Shown here one piece after another: positions 38,411 to 50,533 of a DNA stretch of 64,000 nt. The notes below the pieces were generated by a model. The model was given only the letters and a program-made list of their open reading frames with translations, was not told where the DNA came from and ran no database searches. This stretch comes from Mobula hypostoma (Eukaryota): positions 51,834,001 to 51,898,000 of the forward strand of contig NC_086108.1 of NCBI RefSeq assembly GCF_963921235.1, read 5' to 3'. Position 1 is the stretch's first letter; each line of letters starts with the position of its first letter. Position numbers and translations under genes: made by a program.

Positions 38411-40887
38411 CACAATCTGAAGAAATGCAAGAGCCAGATGCCAAACCATCAGGATTCTCTAACAATCTGATACTGTTTAATTTGAACTGAACAATGTAAA
38501 ATTTGAAGTATTACTTATCAAACCTGTGGGAAAGGAAAGACCTGCAATAACTTGTTACTTATTTTTGTGCTACAAAAGAATGAGAGAATCTGCTCAGATA
38601 TTATGGTGGTGAGTTCAGACTAGATTATAGTCATAGTCATACTTTATTGATCCCAGGGGAAATTGGTTTGCAAATATAGTGGGTGGATCTCCATAGTTTC
38701 TGGAGAAATTGGTGATGTTCTCATTCAGTGCATGTACCAAAGGATTTGATGCATTTTCTACCCACACAAAATCATTGTGAGTTTTGAAATTATTTTAATA
38801 ATGATCATAGAATTATCTATCTTTCCAAGACAGGGCTTGATAGATACCCAAGGCACAAATTGTAAAACATCCTGTGCTTTAGTACAGAGCATAATTTTAT
38901 TACATCAGAGTGACTCATTCTTATGTGCTTGACCCAACTTGCACTGTGAATTAAGAATTGACAATAGCTGCATTAATCTGCTTGTTATAGTATAAAATTG
39001 TACTTCTTTATCCTCAAACCAACCTGTGCCTGTACTAATACTTGAATGAAATCAGCCAAAACTAAATGTTAGTAAGAATGTAGAAATCACTATCCCATTT
39101 GAATAATTTGAACTTCAGATGATACTGTAAAACATTGGGCTGGATGGACATTCTACACCACTCCCAATTTTCCTATACTTTGAAAATCAGTCTGTTCCTC
39201 CCAGCAATTTAATGGTGCTTCAGCTAAGATTTCCTTTGGTAATTTTCCTTTAGTAACTGTTCCACATATATAATTAGATAAATACATGAAACCAGATAGA
39301 TTATTTTATATTTATGTTGATGATATGTATTGTCCACATATGTAAATGCATAAATGTTGGCACAGGTGATGTGATATCAAGTTCAACAACAGCTTACATT
39401 TAAGTTATACCTTTAATAACATCCACTATCCCAAGAAGTTTCACACAATGTTGATCAGACACCAACTAGGAAAAGTATGGTCAAGACCAGAATATCTTTT
39501 CAAAGACTAAAAATGCATTGTTTTGAAAAGAGATTTACAGCTTACATTTCACAACTGAAAGCACTCCCTCCATAGTCATATGAAAAGTTAGAAGTCTAAA
39601 AACCAGTTGTTGTGGAAGTGGAGAATAGAGAAAAAAAATAATTTATCAATATTAACGTTTAATGTAAGAGGTAAAATTCACAACTTTGTTAAAATAACAT
39701 GCATTCATATATATATAGTAATGAATTAATTAATATTGATCTTTCCTATATTTTAAACTGTGTAAATTATTTTTATTCTTTTAAACACGGTCCAGAAAAA
39801 ATGAAGCTACTTCAAACATCAGCTATTTGCTTCCAAAAATAACTCAGACTTTAAGAAACAGTCTCCAGTTGAAACTAAATCACTGACTTGGATTGTGCTG
39901 TATTTGTTTACTTTCAGAGCTTTCAGTCAACCATATGGGCATGATGGAAACCACAGACTCCAAACCTGACTGACTTGAAGCCACCAACACATCCTCTTGG
40001 CCACTTGTAATTATGTGGAATCCAATGCCAGAATATCACAACTTGGATCAAACAATAAATTGCTTACTGTAATGGAGAGGAAGTTTCCAAATAGCAACGT
40101 TTTACAGACATATAACTTTTTTAATCTATGGAATCTGGGAATACTTTTTTCAGGTTTCCAAATTTATTATTAAAGAATATAAGGATACTAAAATTGCATG
40201 GTCCTGCACTTCAGCTGTATGATGATTTTCTTGAATATTTCTTTAGATAACTTCTCCCCCCCCCCGTATAAAACTGCATAAATAGTGTGCTGTTAAACTA
40301 CGGGGGGGGGGGCGGAGACTGGTGGTATCTCTGAAGATGAAATGTTTACACAGTTTCCACACAAGGAAGAAATAGTTTATACAAATGAAAACAAAATGAT
40401 CAGATTTCTCCATCAAACTCAGCCTCCAAAGCATTCTGGATTGCTTATTTGGTTTCAATATTTTACAACTGGCTGCTTCATATTGCAAATCAAGGAACAA
40501 TGCCTCCTGGGGAAATCCAAAAAATTAAGAAGGTCCAAGTACCATACCAATTTTGGATAAATAACCAGATGGTCAGCTGTTGGAAATGTGTCCCATGAGT
40601 CACTTAATACTTGAAGCAGTTTAGACTGGAAGATGAGTTCAAGATGCAGTATTGCTTTTCTTCCTGATTCACTTGTCTTCATTACAGGCTTCTCTCTGTT
40701 CCTTTTCTTTCCATTTCTCCAGGCATTGATCGAAATATGAAATTCTGTAGCTGATAACCATTATCCAATATTTCACCAGCAGACGTTCCTTATCTTTCAC
40801 AAGGGTTGAGAACTGTCTCAATAGCTATGTAAAGCATGGTAGTGAAGTTTCTTTCTCCTCTCTCACACATGCACACAATGAATTGGA

Positions 40888-41057
40888 TCCAAGTAACTGA
40901 TGATTAACATTTCAGAAGCTTTCTCAGATATGTTGCCTATAGAAACTGTTGCTGTTGGACCACTGCTATCATCTCTTCCACGCTTCCTCTGAGCAGTGTG
41001 ATCCTTTCTTGGTCCAATATGCTTTCTAAACAGAGGCACAGAGGTTGGCACCAACAC
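40888..41057 (-). pseudogene. RBM25: RBM25 pseudogene fragment (N-terminal region into RNP2 of the RRM)
   Basis: VLVPTSVPLFRKHIGPRKDHTAQRKRGRDDSSGPTATVSIGNISEKASEMLI-(1-nt deletion)-QLL aligns with vertebrate RBM25 VLVPTVSMVGKHLGARKDH...GPTTTVFVGNISEKASDMLIRQLL (recalled from memory). It has an RNP2 F-to-S change, a frameshift and no GT donor. Confidence 0.85.
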
Positions 41058-41102
41058 CTGTTTACCTTGTGTTGGGCAATGGTTCATGGTGTACAGCATA
41101 GA

Positions 41103-42716
41103 GACAGTTGTGGCATCATCCAGTACCTTTCGTAATTTGCTTTTGGTTGGGTCTGTTACAGAGGATGTGGCATGCAAATGGTGGATCGATCTCTAATCAA
41201 GTTGTCTTCGCAACAGGCACTCCCACAAAGCTGGCCCTATTTTTACTGTATACAGACCCAATATGGCTTGTTGGTTGTTGTATTTCACTGCTACGAATGT
41301 CATTCACACAGGAGCTATCTTTTCTCCAGTGTATGTACTTAATTGGATATCTGCAGGCTTCATTTTAGTATCTTTGAAATACTGCTCAAACTCATTTTGT
41401 GGAACGACTGCAGCAGTTGAGCCAGTGTCCAATGTAAAATTCCATTTTAATTATTTGTCATTTACTTTTGTTGTAAGCCATATTGTTAGTTTTCACAATA
41501 CAAATCACAATGCTACTCAATCCTATGTAATTCTCATAATTATCAGTTTATTCATCAGGAGCATGCAGATTAGTGTTCTTTTTCAAACTGCAACTTGACT
41601 TTTTATCTTTTTCCCTACCCTGTGTAGTTCATTTATTTTTGTCTGCCTACGTGCTTTTTGTATAGTCCTACTTTGTTGCATTTCCTGCAAATTTCACCTT
41701 TAAACCTGCTTGGTCTGATATATGTGAGCCGCTGCCACAATTATAACACAATTTGTTTTGCCAGGCGGACTTCTGTTTAAATGTTGCAATTTTGTTCACA
41801 CTCACTTTCATTCCTGACTGCAACTCAATTACGTCTGACTACTGTTTCCATTGATACAGCAATTTTAACTGATCTTTAAATCTAAGTTGTTCTTCAGTTA
41901 GAAGCCATTTTGAATACTTTCTTGTAAGATTCCACAAACTAAGTGATCCCTCAGTGCACCATTAAGTCCATTACTGAACTAACAACGCTCAGACAACTTC
42001 TTCAATTCTGCCACGTACATTGAAGTATTCTCCCCTCCCTTTTGATTCCACTAAAGCGTTCTGCAATCAACAGTAGTTTTGGTTCTAAATGTTCCTGCGT
42101 TACCTTCATGATAGCAGAAAAGGTAATTTGAGCTTGTTTGGTTGGAGCAGTTAAGATTCTAAACAAATTTTATGACTTTAAATAAGATGCACTCAGCAAA
42201 ACTGGTACTTGTTTCTCATTGCCTATTCCATATGCTTTAAAATACTGTTCAATTAGATCAATATACATGAGCCAGTTATCTGTTGAGCAATTGATCGTGT
42301 CTATCTTTCTGATATAGCCAGCCATTTCAGTTTATTTTTGTTAATGATTATTATCACCCAGTACACACTGTTTTTGAACCCATGAATTCTTCTGTTTTCT
42401 GCCTTTTATTTTACTCGATCATCCTTCCTTTTGCAAAGAAAATGTTCTGTGATTTTTTTTCAAAACTTGAACATCTCACTGCACTTTTTTTAAAACTTGA
42501 ACTTCTCGCTGCGCTTCAACAAGTAGGTAGTCGTCTCGGATTCATTTAAAAATACCTTGTTATCTCTTGTAACTCAAAACAAAAACTAAGTGAAAGGAAA
42601 TCAAGGCAGTTGGGACGAAAGTCCTGTATATTCGTTTTTACATTAAGTGAGATGTGTACATAAACAATACATTTAAAATATTACTCAAATCCCACTGAAA
42701 TATTAAATATACAACA
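41103..42716 (-). mobile_element. Gypsy LTR retrotransposon 5' half (LTR, gag, protease), truncated before RT
   Basis: LTR-like AT-rich segment at about 42558-42716. Gag ATG at 42325 (MAGYIRKIDT..NWLMYIDLIEQYF), zinc knuckle CYNCGSGSH, protease LDTGS (about 41421-41432) and linker LRKVLDDATTV. Confidence 0.85.
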
Positions 42717-42759
42717 GTACATTTCATCCGGGAAAATAGGTTGAAAGTTGCAGCTTTAG

Positions 42760-43300
42760 GAGTTAAGGAAAAAAAGGTTATTGGGAAAGAAAACTAATAA
42801 AGATTAATTTCTAGAGTGAAGGAATTGAAAATTTGGAATTTTATGCTGAACTGTATCTAATCTTAATTGGACCACTTTGGAACACTCTGCAATTCTGCTT
42901 GCTATATGACAAAATGCGATTGAGAGGATGGAAAGGTACAGAGATTTCAAAGGTGACATCAGATATATGAGGGTATAAATCAGGAAGCAATGAACAGACT
43001 AGATTTCTTTACTCTTGAGAAAGGGAAGCTGAAGGGTACCATACAGAGTTCTTTAAAAGTCTGAAAGCTTTCGATAGAATGGAAACAGAAAGAAAAGCAT
43101 CATTTGAGCCAACAATGTAAGATAGTAGCATACAGATCTGCAATGGAATTCATCTTTTGTTTTGTGAAGCTGTGAAACTTGCTGCCAAGGAGAAAGACTG
43201 AATTAAATGCACTGATGCCTGAAAAGAATATGAAGGTGAAGGGATCAAAGGATCATGCTAACAGATTTGGATGAGGATAGATTTGAAGAAGATAGGTCAA
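42760..43300 (+). mobile_element. Very old CR1 3' fragment
   Basis: Decayed GGACCAC..TGGAACACTCTGCAATTCTG and CTTGAGAAAGGGAAGCTGAAGGG. Confidence 0.55.
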
Positions 43301-43322
43301 GTGACTATTGTTATGTATTATG

Positions 43323-43410
43323 TCAAAGTTAAAGTCTGTCCCGAGCCTTGTGGCCCATCAGGCTGGTGCTTATGCCGGTTTCTGTGGCATGAAGTGACTG
43401 AGAGTACGAG
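43323..43410 (-). mobile_element. Short SINE 3' fragment
   Basis: GGCCCATCAGGCTGGTGCTTATGCCGGTTTCTGTGGCATGAAGTGACT resembles a widespread metazoan SINE segment (recalled from memory). It is flanked by TATGTA. Confidence 0.45.
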
Positions 43411-44406
43411 AGTATGTACTTAATGTTACTCGGATTCATCAAAGCTTCCACATTTCTTATTGCACGTTTGAATCTTTAGTTGAATGTGCTGCTTGAATTT
43501 ATCATTAATAATCATTCCAGCAAGCAGATTATTTGAAACTTTGTCTCCAATGTAACATATTGTATTTTCAGAAATAGAGCAGAATTTAATATTGACATAA
43601 GAAAAGGTAAAACCACAAGGAATCAAAAATCTAACCAAGATGAAAGTGATTCATTTGCAGGGTGTTTTGACATATCAGCTGCTCTCTACCTGTCTACATT
43701 AACTACGGTACCTTATTTCAGAAATCAGGTTATTAAGATATTAGTTACAGTAGCCAGGTGCAGCGTGTGAAAAGCCTGTGCAGGAGTAAGCTGAATGTCA
43801 AACAGTACAATGATAATAATGGGGCAGAGTCACCATGGCTAGTGTGAAGGTTTTAAAGCAAACTTGGGGATCCAAGTGTAGGATCTAATACTGCTTCTGA
43901 ATAATAATTGTTACATCAAGGCTTTTAAGAATTGTGTTGGGTGACTAACTGTTCCATGGGCTGCAACATAGACACTCTGAAGGGCCTTAGGATAGACCAC
44001 ATATTTGGAGTTTCTTATGTCTCAGGAGAAGATTATACACTCTGCAATAGATTTTATTGGAAGTTAAGAACCATCAGCTTTATAAATGCATTAACCCTCA
44101 CTGTTAATAAGCCAAAATAGTTCAAATAAATACCTGCTTATGATCTGTTATCTACTTTGAGATTTTATGTTCAACAAGGGCATTTTAATAGCAAGTCAGG
44201 TTTTATTAGAAATGGAAACAAAGAGCAAGCTGCACTCAAAGACTTTCTGAACAAGGTGTGAGTGAAATAGAACACATTAGCATTTAGTGTACTTCTTGAT
44301 AATTGACGATATGAAGGAAATGGGGATAAAGGTTCACTTAGTGACCAGAAGTCCGAATAAGTAGTTAACCATGATAGAAAAAATGACAGAGGGTTGATAG
44401 GTTATT

Positions 44407-45034
44407 CAGACATCCCACCTCTCCCGGAACTTCCGGGAGTCTCCCACATATTAATAGTGCCTCCCTGATGCCCGCAAATTATATACAATGTCCCGGAAAT
44501 TGATTTTTTTGAGAGCGAGCAAGAGAAGAGCAAGATAGAGTGCGAGAGCGACCACGAGAGAGAGCGTGCATGCGAGAGAGAAAGCAAGCGAGAGCGAAGG
44601 CAAGCGAGCGTGCGAGTGAGAAAGTGAGAGAGAGCGAGCGAGAGCGAAAGTGAGAGCGCGCGAGTGACGAGAGAGAGAGAGCGTGCGCGAGCGAGAGCGC
44701 ACCATTGCAGAGTGTTCCAAAAAAAATATAAAACGTACATCACCCCAGACTACACTGAAGTGTACCCCTGCCTAATAGGGGTCAAAATAATGACAGTATT
44801 GCTCGCTGCACTTTTTGCAACAGTGACTTTTCTATTGCCCATGGTGGGTTAAGACCGTAAAAGACATGTTGAGGTGAGTTTAACAGGTGTCATTCATTCA
44901 TTAGTATAGCTAACGTTATTTAAATTAGCTGCTAAGGAGCTACTCTATTGCAGACATCCCACCTCTCCCGGAAGTCTCCCACAAATTGATGGTGCTACCT
45001 CCCTGAAATTAGTTTTTGTAGGGTGGGATATCTG
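44407..45034. mobile_element. Non-autonomous DNA transposon (MITE) with 7-bp TSD
   Basis: TIRs CAGACATCCCACC / GGTGGGATATCTG and TSD GGTTATT (44400-44406 / 45035-45041). Internal (GA/GCGA)n tract at 44511-44700. Confidence 0.85.
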
Positions 45035-45852
45035 GGTTATTTTGCCCTTATTTTGAAATGGAGTGGTAGAGTGTCCGGAGTGGAGGCTAGCAAGTGGTGG
45101 GGGTGTGGGGGCCTTGGTAGTGAGAGCAGAGAGTATGTAGGGAAAATAAATTGATTAGTGTAGTATTAGTGTAACTGGTTGATTTTTGATGGGCCTTTTT
45201 TTTGTGCCTATTCTATGTAAGGAATTCATAATCAAACTTCTTTGTTCAGAATCATGAATAATCTTTGTCAAGACTAAATTTAGAAAGTGAATCAATCAAA
45301 TCTTCCTCTGAAGCTCCTATGAACTGGTTAAGAGCAACAGACATGGTGATCTGTAAACAGTTCACCAACCAATCAAAGGTCAGGGAGGAAGATCTGTAAG
45401 TGTGCGACTAAACACAAATCTGCAGTAGTAAAAGACACTATTAAAAAGATTTGGATTAATTTTTAGCAGGACCATTAAAGACCCACAACTAAAACAAAAT
45501 GGTGTCAAATTTGAGCTATCTTACTAAATTTGATAACACATAGTTACATTTTCATTCAAGGAAATTATGCATAATATATTAATGTGTCATCTCCCCAACC
45601 ATGAGTGTAACACAGAATAATATTCAACGAAGTACAGCTATGCATCCATATCTGATGATCCTAGGAAGTCAGCTATATCTTTTAATATAAAAAATACTGT
45701 TCTCCAGCACAGTCCCTCCTAAACTGGGGTGGGGAGGGACATTCCACAAATGTTAATGAGCATTTAAAAATTGATATTGAAGAGAAACTATAACACTAAG
45801 ATGCTTCCCCTGAACTGACTGTAACCACAACCTCAGCTGCCCTGGTAACTAT

Positions 45853-46860
45853 TCAAAATCAAAGTAAATTTATTATCAAAGTCCATATATGTTACCATAT
45901 ACTACCTCAAGATTCATTTTATTGCAAGTATTACAGGAAAATAAAGAAATACATTGGAATTTATTAAAAACTATACATAAACAAAGACTGACAACTAACA
46001 CAATTGATGTGTATGAGATGATAAGGGGCATTGATCGTGTGGATAGCCAGAGGCTTTTTCCAAGGGCTGATATGGCTAACACGAGGGGGCATCATTTTAA
46101 GGTTCTTGGAAATAGGTACTGAGGGGATGTCAGGGATAAGTTTTTCACACAGAGTGGTAGGTGCGTGGAATGCACTGCCAGTGGTGGTGGTGGAAGCGAA
46201 TACAATAGGGTCCTTTAAGATACTCTTAGATAGGTACATGGAGCTTGAAAAATAGAGGGCTATGCGCTAGAGCAATTCTACGCAGTTTCTAGAGTAGGTT
46301 ACATGGTCGGCACATTGTGGGCCAAAGGGCCTGTAATGTGCTGTAGATTTCAATGTTCTATCTTCTTAACATGGAACAAAGACAAATTGTGCAAATTTTT
46401 AAAAAATGCCAAGAATACAAGTCAATGAGTCCTTGAAAGGGAGTCTATAGGTTGAGGAATCAGTTCAGAGTTGTAGTGAGTGAAGTTATCCATACCAGTT
46501 TAGGAACCTGATAGGGGTAGGGTAATATCTGTTTCTGAACTTAGTGTGTGAGATTTGAGGTTCCTATACCTCCTTTGTGATGGCAGCAGTGAGAAGAGAG
46601 CATGGCCTATATGGCAGGGATCCTTGATGCTGGGTGTTGTCTGTTTGTGGCAACATTCCTTGTAGATATGCTCAATAGTAGAGAGGGCTCTGCCTGTGAT
46701 GGACTGGTTTGTATCCATCAATTTTTGTGGGCCTTTGCATTCTTGGGCTTTGGTGTTTCCATACCATGCCATGATGCAACCAGTTAGAGTACTCTCCACT
46801 GTGCACTTATAGAATTTTGTCAAAATTTTAGACCACATGACAAACTCACATAAACTTCTG
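45853..46860 (-). mobile_element. Rex1/Babar-like LINE 3' fragment with a nested plus-strand CR1 3' end (about 46003-46365)
   Basis: FYKCTVESTLTGCIMAWYGN...HALFSLLPS for the LINE; IDVYEMIRGIDRVDSQRLFPR for the CR1. Confidence 0.85.
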
Positions 46861-47010
46861 CCCTCTCCCGGCAACTTTGATACCCTCACTAAACAAGAAT
46901 AAATCAACCCCTACTTTAAATATACCCAGTTACTTGGCCTCTACAGCTGTCTTGTCTGTGGCAATGAATTCTACAAATTCACCAAATTCAGGTTAAAAAA
47001 ATTCCTAAAG

Positions 47011-47089
47011 CAGGTGTTTCCAACCTGGGGTCCACAGACTATTTGGTTAATGAAAGGCTCCATGGCATAAAAAAGGTTGGGAACCCCTT
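47011..47089. mobile_element. hAT (Charlie-like) MITE, 79 bp
   Basis: TIRs CAGGTGTTTCCAACCT / AGGTTGGGAACCCCT with 8-bp flanks TCCTAAAG / TTCTAAAG. Confidence 0.8.
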
Positions 47090-47388
47090 TTCTAAAGGGA
47101 TATCCTTGTATTCTGAGGCTGTGCCCTCTGTCCACCACTATTGGAAATATCCTTCTCATGTCCACTCTATCTAGGCATTTCAATATTTGATAGGCTTCAA
47201 TGAGATCCCCTCAGTCTTCTATACTCCTGCGAGTACAGGCCCAGTACTATCAAACACTCCTTATACGTTAATCCTTTCACAGGCTAACCTTCGGGGAATC
47301 CTACACTAGACCTGCCAATTCCCTTTGCACCTCTGATTTCTGAATTTGTTTTCTGATTAGAAAATAGTCTATGCCTTCATTCCTTCTA

Positions 47389-47650
47389 ACTCCATCATGG
47401 ACAGTCACAATCCTGGCTGTGATTGGAAGAGGTTGGACATGGGGCTAGCAAGCCCATTCCGCAAAATCCCAGAGCTATAGAAATGCCAACAGAAGCTCCA
47501 AGAACTTCAATCCTGTGTGAGGAAGGATACACCTAAAAGATGGCTAAATCTAGAAACAACTTGAAAAACTGGCCAAGTACAGAGCATTCTGGGGAGCTGC
47601 TGTTGGCAGCCTATGCCCTAGTAGGGATGATGGGCTTCGGTAAGTAAGTT
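47389..47650 (+). mobile_element. RTE-related SINE with (TAAG)n tail
   Basis: TSD ATTCCTTCTA (47379-47388 / 47652-47661). 3' end GGCAGCCTATGCCC...TAAGTAAGT. Confidence 0.6.
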
Positions 47651-48089
47651 TATTCCTTCTACCAAAATTCATGACCAAATACCTCTCTACACTGTATTCC
47701 ACCTGCCACTTCTTTTTCAGTTCTCCTCATCTGTCCAAGTCTTTCTGCAGACTCAATGCTTCTTCAGCACTGACTGCTCCTCCATCTACCTTTGTATTGT
47801 TTGCAAATCTGGCCTCAAAGACAGAAATTAGGTCTATTTTCGTTCAAAAGATCTCGGTTTTGTAGTTCCCTACCGGAGGAGGGCTGTGAGAAGGATAGCA
47901 GGGGTGAGGAGTCGTCATTGAAAATACTGAAGCTGAGGTCTACAGACATTTGAAGTACAACACAATCAGGGCATATGGAATAGGGACAGCGCAGGAATGT
48001 GGCGTTGAAATCAAGATCGAATTATCCGGGACTTTATTGAAAGGCCGCTGGCTCGAGGGGCAGATTGGCCTACTCCATTTTTTTTGTTT

Positions 48090-49090
48090 CTTCGGTTGTC
48101 CACAGCGCCGACGGCATATGCGCGTTTTTAAAAGAACGAGGCTGCACAACATCTTCAAATAAGCTCCATTTGAAAGTTCAAGGGTCAAATAAAAAGTCAT
48201 GTTCGTCGCTGCTATGATTAAAGGTGTTCTGTTGCTGCAGCACGTTTTAGGACATTTTGTTAAGTAATTAGTTTATATATTCTGATTGTTTTTTTGGCAA
48301 GGCAGTCTCTAGGTTACTAATGGCCAGATAGACAGTGGGGACATTTCGTTGCCTACCTGGCAGCAACATTGTGAGGCGATGAAATAACTGCAGTCGCCAG
48401 GCTGGCGCATGGGAGCGGGCAAGCGCGAGGCGGGCCCCGGGCGTGTGCGTGTGTGTGCGCGCGCCTTTCTCATCAACCGCTCTGACAGCTGCACACGCAC
48501 CGTGCCCGCAGCCCCCTCCACTAGTTCCCAGTCATGTACTTTCCTCATTGCAGCCTCCACCAATGGTACCAGATGGATTAACACACCTCCATTCTCTGGA
48601 TACCACAAGAAAACATTCCACGCAGGCAATCCGGGGAATGGACTGGGGTTGGAAAAACGATGAAACTTGGATACGCAGCGCAGGAAGGTAAGTACGTTTC
48701 AAAAAATACAATGACGGAGAAGTCGGATTGCTTGGCATGAATTGTACGGCTTTGGACGCTGCCTCCATCCATTTCCCGATGATTGATAGTCATTGGAATG
48801 ATGACCACGTTCCTTGTGGTTCGCGATTCCAGATTGTGATTTCGGCAGCAGTCCAGGCGCTTTGCTGCAGTCTCTGGCTGTTCATTCCTGTGGTAGATTT
48901 TTTTCCCCTTTTCTCTTTCTCTCTGGGAGGTTGCATGTGGTAGCTTGTCTCCAGATAGACTTGTTTTTGATTATCCTGCGTCTTAACGCCTCCGGACAAT
49001 TTTTTAAAGCAATAAATAAGTACATGGTGCAACTCCTTAGGTAACCCTGCCGGACTGTTCATTACACATGTCAAACCAGACCGTTTAAGA
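48090..49090 (+). promoter_or_regulatory. CpG-rich promoter region of an unidentified host gene
   Basis: The only non-repeat stretch with dense CpGs. It contains a GC box GAGGCGGG (48427), an alternating (GT/GC)n run at 48441-48464 and an X-box-like GTCTCTAGGTTAC (48305-48317). Confidence 0.7.
48480..48687 (+). other. Probable first exon (5' boundary approximate)
   Basis: Perfect donor AAG|GTAAGT (GT at 48688) inside the CpG region. ATGs at 48534, 48563, 48573, 48638 and 48660. Confidence 0.65.
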
Positions 49091-50505
49091 CTACATATGC
49101 TTTCACTCATTAGAATTTCATAGAGGCGCTAGAAGGAATAATAATTGCTTTATAATGAAATGTTATTACAGGTCAATTTGAAGTTGAACATTTGAAACAG
49201 TTGGCAAATCATCTCAATAAGTAATGTTTTTAATATTTATTACAATTGCCGACATCGAAGTAATAATCAGGCCTTTTAAAGGAGAGTCACCTCTGTGAAG
49301 GGCTTGAGTGATTGTTTATATCAGGATTAAAATGTGGAGGAGCATTTCCTGCGGAGATATTTTTTACTTCAGTTCTTCCCCAAGGACCATACACAAAGTA
49401 GTTCTGTATTTTGTTTAAAATTTCATTTTGTTTGAAAGATAAATAAGTTAAGACTATAACCACACATTGGTGATTTGTAGTCTACCTTAACACATGACTT
49501 GAATGTGTACATAGAACTTATTTGGAAATTCAAGTAAAAATCCAATTTCTATGTTGAATTTCTATGTAACATGCTACAAGTATACTCACCTTTATTTTCA
49601 GTAATTCAGGAGGTATAATACATGACTAAATAAGGAAAGACAGAATAATGTAGGAAAAGGATCATACAAGGTTAATATCATGGGAATAGCAGTCTGGAAG
49701 ATGAGACTACATAATGGGCCTTGATTTTAACAGAAATGCGAAAATGAGGTAATATAGCAGATGTTCTTCTTGCCCTTTGACTGAAGTTGATACTTGATGA
49801 GTTAGACCAAAGACAAGTATGTTTACTATGGTGGGATTTGATTTGATTGAGCTGGTTAGTTCAGTCAGTGCATTGCTGCATGTATTTTGATTTTGTATTG
49901 CTCCTACATTTTTCCATGGATGATGCTCACTCTCCCATATATTTTATCTTTACTTGAATATCTTAGGTATACTGGGAGAAAAATAAACTTGTTACTTGCA
50001 GAAGTGATTTGGTGTCATTGCAGCCGTAATATGCCATTTGGCTAAATTCTTTAATTAATCACTTCAGTGATTAACGTTATCATAGACATCTTACTATATA
50101 ACTGATACTAAGCATTTCTGTGGTATCTGCAAAAAACATAGTGGAGATTCTGAATATATCAAAAGAATTGCAGGAAAATAGATGCAAGTTGTATATAATT
50201 AGAACTATTTTATGCATTCTTTGTTAGGTTTTCTACATAAAGAAGCCATTCTGTTAATTAAGTGATTCAATCCCCAAATGGCTTACTGATTCAACAAGAG
50301 TTTGAAGTAATATTTCACATTGAAACTTCAAAGAAGTTCATCCTCACATAGTCATTGGAAGCAATCTATCTGTACCCTGGCATTAAAGTTTTAAAAAGAT
50401 AACTTTTTGAGTTCACCCCCTCAAGAGTTTTTGAAATTTTCTGGGTTGAAAATTTCAGCCAAGGAAGAGCATTGGCGTGGATTTTCAAACTGAATCCGTT
50501 TGGGG

Positions 50506-50533
50506 GTGTGTGTGTGTGTGTGTGTGTGTGTGT
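50506..50533. repeat. (GT)14 microsatellite
   Basis: Read directly from the sequence. Confidence 0.95.

Larger units (their letters stand above)
46890..47820 (-). mobile_element. CR1 fragments with nested MITE and SINE
   Basis: KCLDRVDMRRIFPIV..GHSLRIQG; similar to 10008-10610. Confidence 0.75.

Noticed and set aside
17126..40735. Identical 16-mer CAGGCATTGATCGAAA at 17126-17141 and 40720-40735, each after a pyrimidine tract
   Set aside because: One 16-mer match in 64 kb is about chance expectation, and the flanks do not align.
40888..41057. Functional RBM25 exon or gene
   Set aside because: It has a frameshift, an RNP2 substitution and no donor site, and no other RBM25 exons were seen in the window.
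44511..44700. CpG island
   Set aside because: It is a simple repeat inside a MITE, not a promoter.
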